Notes under the pieces: model-generated
The model's database searches: none
Seen by the model: only the letters and a program-made list of their open reading frames with translations
Told to the model about the DNA's origin: nothing
Assembly: GCA_003576805.1 (NCBI GenBank)
Contig: QEVM01000001.1
Coordinates: 2,646-66,645 of the forward strand
DNA: 64,000 nt
Reading direction: 5' to 3'
From: Pseudomonadota bacterium
Lineage (GTDB): Bacteria > Myxococcota_A > UBA9160 > PR03
Shown here: piece after piece, positions 58,078 through 64,000 of the stretch
How the letters are laid out: every line of letters begins with the position of its first letter
How positions within the stretch are numbered: the first letter of the stretch is position 1
Position numbers and translations under genes: made by a program

Positions 58078-58146
58078 CCGGTCTCCTCCTCGAGACCGTC
58101 GGGTCTAGCACGTTCGCGGCGCGCGCGGCGCCGCGGCGGCGCGCGC

Positions 58147-61100
58147 TCAGCGCTGCGCCGACTTCGCGGGCTTCTTCTTGGCGGGAGCGGGCTTCTTCGC
58201 GGCCTTGGCGGCGCCGCCCGACCAGTACGCGTCGAACGAGCCGCAGTCGAGCGAGCCCAGCGACGGCGGCGCGGGCGTGCCCGCCTTCACGGCGACCGGC
58301 GCGGTGCCCTGGAAGGCGCGGTCGATCTTGCCGTCGAAGTTCGCGTCCTCGTCCTGGCGCACGACGGCGTCGCCCGAGAAGGTCTGGATCACGTCGGGGC
58401 GCCGGTCGCCGTTGGTGTCGGCCTCGAGGCGCACGCGCACGCCGTTCTCGTAGACCTCGCGCTGGTCGGGCTTGCCGTTGCCGTCGGTGTCGAGGATCGC
58501 CTGCGTCACCTGACCGCCCGCGACGAGCGCGCGCGCGTCGAGCCGGCCGTCGCCGTTGGTGTCCAGACACTGCGCCGTGACGCTGCCGTCGGCGGCGAGG
58601 AAGAGCTTCTTGTTGGGCCGCGCGGCGCCGCCCTCGATCAGCTCCTGCGTCGCCGCGACGCCGGCTTCGAAGCGCGTCACCACGTCGGCCTTGCCGTCGC
58701 CGTCGGTGTCGCGCGCCTCGCGCACCGGCTGACCGCCCTCGAACGCGACCCAGCTGTCGACGCGGCCGTCGCCGTCGGCGTCGCGCGCCTCTTCCGCCGA
58801 CGCCGGCTTGCCGTCGACGAACGTCGCGACCGCCTCGGGCTGGCCGTCGCCGTCGCGGTCCTCGCGCTTCTCGACGACCTGGCCGTTGGCGTCGAGCACG
58901 ACCCAGGTGTCGACCCTGCCGTCGCCGTTCGCGTCGAGCTCCTGGAGCTGGCTGCCGTCCTTCTGGGCGCGGCTCGTCGCGTCCATCGTGCCGTCGAAGT
59001 CGGTGTCCTGCTGCGTCTGGAGGAGCTGGTCGCCGCGGAACGTCGCGACGATGTCGGCGCGCCCGTCGGCGTTGCTGTCCTTCTCGGTGCGCACGCGCAC
59101 GCCGTTCTCGAAGAGCGTCGCGAGCTCGCGCTTGCCGTCGCCGTCGCCGTCCTCCTCGATGCGGGCGGGCTTGCCGGCGGCGTCGAAGACGGTGAGCACG
59201 TCGGGCTTGCCGTCGCCGTCGCGGTCCTCGCTCTGGCGCGCCTTGACGCCGTTCTCGTACTCGACGACGACGTCCGCCTTGCCGTCGCCGTTGGTGTCGG
59301 CCTCGGTGCGCTGCGGCCGGCCGGCGGAGTCGAGCTTCGTGGTGGTCGAGCCCTCGAAGCGCCCGTCGCCGTCGCGGTCCGACTCTTCCTTGACGAGCAC
59401 GCCGCCCTGATAGACGCGCGCCACGTCGGCGCGGCCGTCGCCGTTGGTGTCGACCTCCTCGCGCGCCGGCTTGCCGTCGCGGTCGAACACGACCCACGCG
59501 TCCGGCCGGCCGTCGCCGTCGGTGTCGCGCTCCTGCTTCGCCTGCTTGCCGTCCTGGAAGGTGAGCACCGTGTCGAACGCGCCCTTGCCCTGCGTGTCGC
59601 GCTCCTGGCGCACGGGCTGGCCGTTCTCGAAGACGGTCGCGACGTCGAGCTTGCCGTCGCCGTTGGTGTCGCGCTCCTCGCGCAGCGGGACGCCGGCGCG
59701 GTACGTGGTGCGCACGTCGACCTTGCCGTCGTGGTCGGTGTCCTTCTCGTCGGCGGTGACGTTGCCGTCGGCGTCGAGCGTGCCCTTCACGTCGGGCTTG
59801 CCGTCGAAGTCGGTGTCCTCGGAGAAGCGCGCGGGCTTGCCGCCGGCGAACTCGACGAGGCGGTCCGGCTTGCCGTCGGCGTTCTTGTCCTCCTCGACCT
59901 TCACCGGCTGGCCCGACGCGTCGCTGGTGCGCCAGGTGTCGACGCGGCCGTCGCGGTTGGTGTCGGTGAGGAGGCGCGTCTCCTTGCCCGTCGCCGGATC
60001 GAGCGTGACCCAGGTGTCGACCTGGCCGTCGCGGTCCCGATCCTGCTCCTGCTTCTCCATCTTCTCGTTCGGGTCGAAGAAGTTCCACAGGTCGATGCGG
60101 CCGTCGCCGTCCTCGTCGATCTCGACGCGCTGGAGCCGTCCCTCGCCGCGGATCTCGACGCGCGAAGGCTGGCCGGACTTGCCGACACTCGTGCGCTTCT
60201 GGAGCTCGCCGTCGCGGTACTCGCCGGCGGTCTCGAAGCTGCCGTCGCCGTCGGCGTCCACCTGCTCGCGCACGAGCTTCTCGTTCGCGCCGAACTCGTA
60301 GACGGCGTCGATCTTGCCGTCGCCGTTGCGGTCCTCTTCCTGCTTCGCCTTCTTGCCGTTCGCGAAGGTGACGAAGGTGTCGGGCTTGCCGTCGCCGTTG
60401 GTGTCGGCCTTCGAGCGCGCCGGCTCGCCGCCCGCGTACTCCGTGACGAGGTCCGGCTTGCCGTCGCCGTTCTCGTCCTTCTCCTCGCGCACCTTCTGCC
60501 CGCCCGAGAACTCGCGCACGAGGTCGAAGCGGCCGTCGCCGTTGGTGTCGTGGCGCTCGCGCGCGACCTTGCCCTGCGCGTCGAACTCGGCGACGAACTC
60601 CGGCTTGCCGTCGCGGTTGGCGTCGCGCACCTGCTCCTGCTCGACGCCGCCCTTGAACTCGCTGATGGTGTCGGTGCGGCCGTCGCCGTCGCTGTCGGCC
60701 TCGCGCGCGACCGGCTTGCCGCCCTCGTAGCGCGTGACGAGGTCGAACTTGCCGTCGCCGTTCGTGTCCTCCTCGACGCGCACCTTGACGCCGTCCTGGT
60801 ACACGATCGCGGCGTCGATCTTGCCGTCGTCGTCGGTGTCCTGCTCCTCGCGCAGCGGGCGGCCCTCGGCGTCGTACTCGGCGCGCGCGTCGGGCTTGCC
60901 GTCGCCGTCGTGGTCCTCTTCGGCGCGCTGGCGCTTGCCGTTCTGGTAGAACACCCAGCGGTCGATCTTGCCGTCGCCGTTGGTGTCGGCCTCTTCCTTC
61001 GCGGGCTGGCCCGCGGCGTCGAACACGAGCACGGCCTCGGGCTTGCCGTCGCGGTTCTTGTCCGCCTTCTGCACGGCCGGCTGGCCGCCCTGGAACTCGA

Positions 61101-61425
61101 TCGTCTCGTCGGGCTTGCCGTCGCCGTCGGTGTCGCGCTCCTGCTTCACGGTCTGGCCCGCGGCGTCGTACGTCACGACCGTGTCCATGCGGCCGTCGAA
61201 GTCCGCGTCCTTCTCGGCGCGCGCCGGCTTGCCGCCGCGGTAGGTCACGATCTCGTCGAACTTGCAGTCCTTGTTGTTGTCGGCGCGCTTCTCGGCGAGC
61301 TCTTCCTTGTCGTCGTAGAGCAGCTCGACGGGCGCGCACTTCTTGGCCGACTGCGCGTGCGCGGGCGCAGCGGCGGCCAGGCCCAGAGCAGCCAGGGCGA
61401 CGGCGAGGAGCGGAGCTCGGTGCAA
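58147..61425 (-). CDS. secreted protein of ~39 tandem DxDxDG calcium-loop/hairpin repeats with basic K/A/P tail (family not recognised)
   Basis: In-frame TTG at 61425 (GGAAGG 8 nt upstream) gives signal peptide MHRAPLLAVALAALGLAAAAPAHA. Then come repeated units such as DTNGDGKFDLVTRYEGGKPVAREA. Ends AAKAAKKPAPAKKKPAKSAQR. Confidence 0.8.
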   Translation of the reverse strand: MHRAPLLAVALAALGLAAAAPAHAQSAKKCAPVELLYDDKEELAEKRADNNKDCKFDEIVTYRGGKPARAEKDADFDGRMDTVVTYDAAGQTVKQERDTDGDGKPDETIEFQGGQPAVQKADKNRDGKPEAVLVFDAAGQPAKEEADTNGDGKIDRWVFYQNGKRQRAEEDHDGDGKPDARAEYDAEGRPLREEQDTDDDGKIDAAIVYQDGVKVRVEEDTNGDGKFDLVTRYEGGKPVAREADSDGDGRTDTISEFKGGVEQEQVRDANRDGKPEFVAEFDAQGKVARERHDTNGDGRFDLVREFSGGQKVREEKDENGDGKPDLVTEYAGGEPARSKADTNGDGKPDTFVTFANGKKAKQEEDRNGDGKIDAVYEFGANEKLVREQVDADGDGSFETAGEYRDGELQKRTSVGKSGQPSRVEIRGEGRLQRVEIDEDGDGRIDLWNFFDPNEKMEKQEQDRDRDGQVDTWVTLDPATGKETRLLTDTNRDGRVDTWRTSDASGQPVKVEEDKNADGKPDRLVEFAGGKPARFSEDTDFDGKPDVKGTLDADGNVTADEKDTDHDGKVDVRTTYRAGVPLREERDTNGDGKLDVATVFENGQPVRQERDTQGKGAFDTVLTFQDGKQAKQERDTDGDGRPDAWVVFDRDGKPAREEVDTNGDGRADVARVYQGGVLVKEESDRDGDGRFEGSTTTKLDSAGRPQRTEADTNGDGKADVVVEYENGVKARQSEDRDGDGKPDVLTVFDAAGKPARIEEDGDGDGKRELATLFENGVRVRTEKDSNADGRADIVATFRGDQLLQTQQDTDFDGTMDATSRAQKDGSQLQELDANGDGRVDTWVVLDANGQVVEKREDRDGDGQPEAVATFVDGKPASAEEARDADGDGRVDSWVAFEGGQPVREARDTDGDGKADVVTRFEAGVAATQELIEGGAARPNKKLFLAADGSVTAQCLDTNGDGRLDARALVAGGQVTQAILDTDGNGKPDQREVYENGVRVRLEADTNGDRRPDVIQTFSGDAVVRQDEDANFDGKIDRAFQGTAPVAVKAGTPAPPSLGSLDCGSFDAYWSGGAAKAAKKPAPAKKKPAKSAQR
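58303..61281 (-). repeat. intragenic tandem repeat array, unit about 72-75 nt (about 39 units)
   Basis: Recurrent plus-strand cores such as cttgccgtcgccgttggtgtc at a regular spacing of about 72 nt. Protein-level period is 24-25 aa. Confidence 0.75.
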
Positions 61426-61427
61426 CT

Positions 61428-62654
61428 TCAGCCTTCCGGGGTGAGCGAGAAGGTGCCGGTGAGCCGGCGGTTGGCGAGGCAGCGCACGCGGTCCGACATC
61501 GGCGGGAAGGGCGACGCGGCGCGCAGCGCCTCGACGACGCTGTTGCCGACGGCCGAGTTGGAGGCGTTCACGAGCTTCACGCTCGTCGCGGAGCCGGAGA
61601 CGTCGAGCTGCCAGCTGAGCGTCGCGCGCGCGGATTTCTGCATCGAGGGCGGCGCGACCCAGCGCGCCAGCGTGCGCTGGCGGATCTGCTCCTGATAGGC
61701 GCGCACCTCGGGGCGGCTGTCGCAGTCGGGCGTGTCGCCGCCGAGCGTGGTGCCGTCGCCGCCGGGGCCGCGCAGGTTGCCGGTGCCGACGCGCGTGTCG
61801 ACGCTCGCGAGCCGCTCGCCGTCCGGGCTGCCGAGCACGTCGCGGCCGGTGACCGCGCCTTCGCGCACCGACGAGCCGTCGCCGCTGCGCACGACCGTGC
61901 CCGCGCCGACGCTGTTGCCGCCGGTGGCGATCGCCTTGGGCCCGACCGACGCGCCCACCGCGCCGCCCGCGGCGTTGACGGGACCGCGCACCGCGGGCGC
62001 CGCGACCGAGCCGACGTCGATCTGCCGCGGCGCCGACGGCGCCGCCACGTTGGTCACGGCCTGCACGGTCTCGACCGCGACCGACGACGTGCGGATCTCG
62101 CGCGGCGCGGAGACCGCGGATTGCAGCTGCTTCATGTCGAGCGTCGGCGCGGCGACGTTCGGCGACGCCTGCTGGATCACCGACGGGTTCACGACCTGCG
62201 GCTGCACCGCCTGCGCGGACGGCGCGAAGTTCACGCTGCGCCGCTCGGCGAGCGCCTTCGGCGCCGCAGCGGGCTTGGGCGCCGGCGTCGGTGCGGGCCT
62301 CGGCGCGGGCGCCGGCGGCTTCTCCACGACCTTCTCGATCTTCTCGACCTTCGGCGCGGGCGGCGGCGGGGGCGGCGGCGGCGCCTCCTTCACCAGCTCG
62401 ATCGGAATCACCTCTTCCTCTGGCTCGACCGGCACGACCCACGCGATCGCGACGCACAGCAGCAGGACCGCGACGTGCAGCCCGCCCGAGACGAGCGCGG
62501 CCAGCGTGCGGCGGCGGCGGCCCTCCGGCTCGGGCAGCTCGATCCCCGGGAAGCGGCGCGTCGGCGCGCCGCGCGCGGCCGCGCCGAGCCGCAGCGTGCG
62601 CAGCGGCGTGGGGCGCGCCTCGCGGCGCCGGAATCCGGGAGAGGAAGAGCTCAT
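61428..62654 (-). CDS. TonB/TolA-like energy-transducer protein
   Basis: Cytoplasmic N-terminus, single TM LAALVSGGLHVAVLLLCVAIAWVV, Pro-rich spacer EAPPPPPPPPAPKVEKIEKVVEKPPAPAPRPAPTPAPKP, C-terminal TonB_C-like domain (..ATLSWQLDVSGSATSVKLVNASNSAVGNSVVEALRAASPFPP). Start at Met52. Confidence 0.75.
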   Translation of the reverse strand: MSSSSPGFRRREARPTPLRTLRLGAAARGAPTRRFPGIELPEPEGRRRRTLAALVSGGLHVAVLLLCVAIAWVVPVEPEEEVIPIELVKEAPPPPPPPPAPKVEKIEKVVEKPPAPAPRPAPTPAPKPAAAPKALAERRSVNFAPSAQAVQPQVVNPSVIQQASPNVAAPTLDMKQLQSAVSAPREIRTSSVAVETVQAVTNVAAPSAPRQIDVGSVAAPAVRGPVNAAGGAVGASVGPKAIATGGNSVGAGTVVRSGDGSSVREGAVTGRDVLGSPDGERLASVDTRVGTGNLRGPGGDGTTLGGDTPDCDSRPEVRAYQEQIRQRTLARWVAPPSMQKSARATLSWQLDVSGSATSVKLVNASNSAVGNSVVEALRAASPFPPMSDRVRCLANRRLTGTFSLTPEG

Positions 62655-63105
62655 GCAGATCGTTCTCGGCTGCTCCGCAGAGTCGCCGCTGGAGCCGGCG
62701 GCGTCGAGTTGCGCGCGTCCTGCACCGGGACGGATGCGCGCTGCACGCTCACGCGTTCCGTCCGGCGCGAGATCGTTGGATGCGCGAGCTGCGCGAATGC
62801 TTCGCATCCGGCGCCGTCGAAGGACGCTCGCGAGGCGGCGTGCGCAACGCGCTGGAAGCCGCTCCGCAAGTTGCGAACGAGGCGCGCACGCGAGCTCTCG
62901 GAAATTCGAACGCAGGCTCGAACGAAGTCCGCGAAGTGCTCGCCATGTCTCGCGAATCCATCATGCGCGCGAATCGTAGACTGCGCGGCGTCGGCGTGTC
63001 AACGCGCGCGTGATCGTGTTTGAATCGCGCTCTCGCGTTCGGATAAGATGAGCCGCTCGCTGGCCGGGGAAAGACATCCCGCGCGGCGATCGAACACCGC
63101 TGGAG

Positions 63106-63804
63106 GTGCCGAAGTTGGACGTCGCAACGATCGCCCGAATGATCCAGGATGGCTGGCTCACGACGGCGCCGCTCGCGCTCTGCTCGATCCTGGTGCTCGC
63201 GATCATGATCGAACGCTGGCTGCGCTACCGCGGCATCGAGAAGCAGACGCGCGAGCTCACGCGCGGCGTGGTCGAGGCGCTCGGCAAGCGCGACCTCTCC
63301 ACCGCGAACGCGCTGTGCCAGACCTCGAAGACGCCGATCGCGCAGATCTTCCGCGAAGGACTCGCGTGGAAGAACATCGCGCTCGAGGACCTCGAGCGGA
63401 TCCTCGCGACGTCGCGACAGGAGACGGTGTCGGAGCTGCGGCGCGGCGTGTGGGTGATCGGCACGATCGGCTCGCTCGCGCCCTTCATCGGCCTGTTCGG
63501 CACCGTGGTCGGCATCATGAAGGCGTTCCACCAGATCGCGGTCGAGGGCTCGGGCGGCTTCGAGGTGGTGGCGGCCGGCATCTCGGAGGCGCTGATCGCG
63601 ACCGCGGTCGGCCTCGGCGTCGCGATCATCGCGCTCGCCTTCTACAACTACCTGAACGTGAAGATCGGCCTGATCGGCAACGGCTTCGCGCGCGCCTGCG
63701 AGCGCCTGGTCCAGGCGCTGCTCTACGTCGAGTCGTCCGGCCCCGCGCCGGACGTGCGCGGCAACGCACCGGAGGTCGGCCGTGGCCATCCACTCCCTGC
63801 CTAG
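63106..63804 (+). CDS. exbB: MotA/TolQ/ExbB proton-channel protein
   Basis: Three TM segments, LGTIGSLAPFIGLFGTVVGIMKAF, ISEALIATAVGL. TTG at 63115 (8 nt after GGAGG) is an alternative start. Confidence 0.85.
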   Translation: MPKLDVATIARMIQDGWLTTAPLALCSILVLAIMIERWLRYRGIEKQTRELTRGVVEALGKRDLSTANALCQTSKTPIAQIFREGLAWKNIALEDLERILATSRQETVSELRRGVWVIGTIGSLAPFIGLFGTVVGIMKAFHQIAVEGSGGFEVVAAGISEALIATAVGLGVAIIALAFYNYLNVKIGLIGNGFARACERLVQALLYVESSGPAPDVRGNAPEVGRGHPLPA

Positions 63805-64000
63805 CGCCGACGAGTCGACCGGCGACGACATCGTCGCCGAGATCAACATCACGCCGCTGACCGACATCTTCCTCGTCCTGCTGATCATCTTCATGGTCAC
63901 CACGTCGGTGATCTCGAGCCAGGGCAAGGAGGTCGACCTGCCGAGCTCGGCGGTCGCGTCGCAGACACCGGCCGGCGTCACCGTCACGCTCTCCGCCGAC
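63782..64000 (+). CDS. exbD: ExbD/TolR biopolymer transport protein (3'-partial at window end)
   Basis: GTG after GGAGG. EINITPLTDIFLVLLIIFMVTTS is the ExbD/TolR signature. Overlaps the exbB stop. Confidence 0.75.
   Translation, partial: MAIHSLPSADESTGDDIVAEINITPLTDIFLVLLIIFMVTTSVISSQGKEVDLPSSAVASQTPAGVTVTLSAD

Noticed and set aside
57427-61695. 1422-aa plus-strand ORF and 1277-aa alternative minus-frame ORF over the repeat-protein gene
   Set aside because: Both translate to monotonous A/V/L/R or R/G/P strings. The 58147..61425 frame gives a signal peptide and a regular Ca-loop repeat with G/C-rich third positions.
1-64000. tRNA, rRNA, CRISPR arrays, IS elements with terminal inverted repeats
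   Set aside because: I saw no cloverleaf-compatible stretch next to either island, no regularly spaced short repeats outside the 58.3-61.3 kb coding repeat, and no transposase-like ORF. A tRNAscan/Infernal/CRISPR scan would be needed to exclude small RNAs.

Overview
High-G+C bacterial chromosomal segment. The six-frame track is full of long spurious ORFs, so I called genes from recognisable motifs, G/C-rich third positions, start-site context and 4-nt start/stop overlaps. I saw no rRNA, tRNA or CRISPR array. Start codons are inferred and no database search was possible.

Layout:
- 1-5.3 kb, core genes: SDR, msrB, an MMPL transporter and a secreted TIGR03790-like protein.
- 5.7-7.8 kb: a visibly lower-G+C cassette carrying one OLD-family (ABC ATPase + Toprim) nuclease, flanked by degraded coding sequence.
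- 8.1-14.2 kb: a GntR-led, translationally coupled aromatic/hydroquinone-type catabolic operon.
- 14.2-22.3 kb: hydrolases, a hybrid histidine kinase, osmC, an Rrf2-cupin-hemerythrin unit, and a patatin/DUF385/SDR operon.
- 22.4-45.8 kb: a ~23.4-kb degenerate integrative conjugative/mobilisable element. It holds a large serine recombinase, a decayed MMPL / histidine kinase / sigma-54 regulator module, a TraG N-terminal stub, a second diverged relaxase 3' end, and an intact HTH-TraF-relaxase set. Its cargo is TetR + RND efflux + thioesterase, and TetR + MBL hydrolase + three cytochrome P450s.
- 45.9-58.1 kb, core genes: a sigma-54 activator, ppsA coupled to a zinc-ribbon USP behind a sigma-54-type promoter, an FG-GAP/PEP-CTERM protein, IclR, ilvE, GNAT, pdxH, dus and an F420-type LLM oxidoreductase.
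- 58.1-64 kb: a TonB/TolA-like gene followed 2 nt later by a 1092-aa secreted protein, with divergent exbB-exbD. The protein is built from about 39 tandem ~24-residue DxDxDG calcium-loop units.

The repeat protein is the item I cannot assign to any family I know, and I consider it the best candidate for something undescribed.
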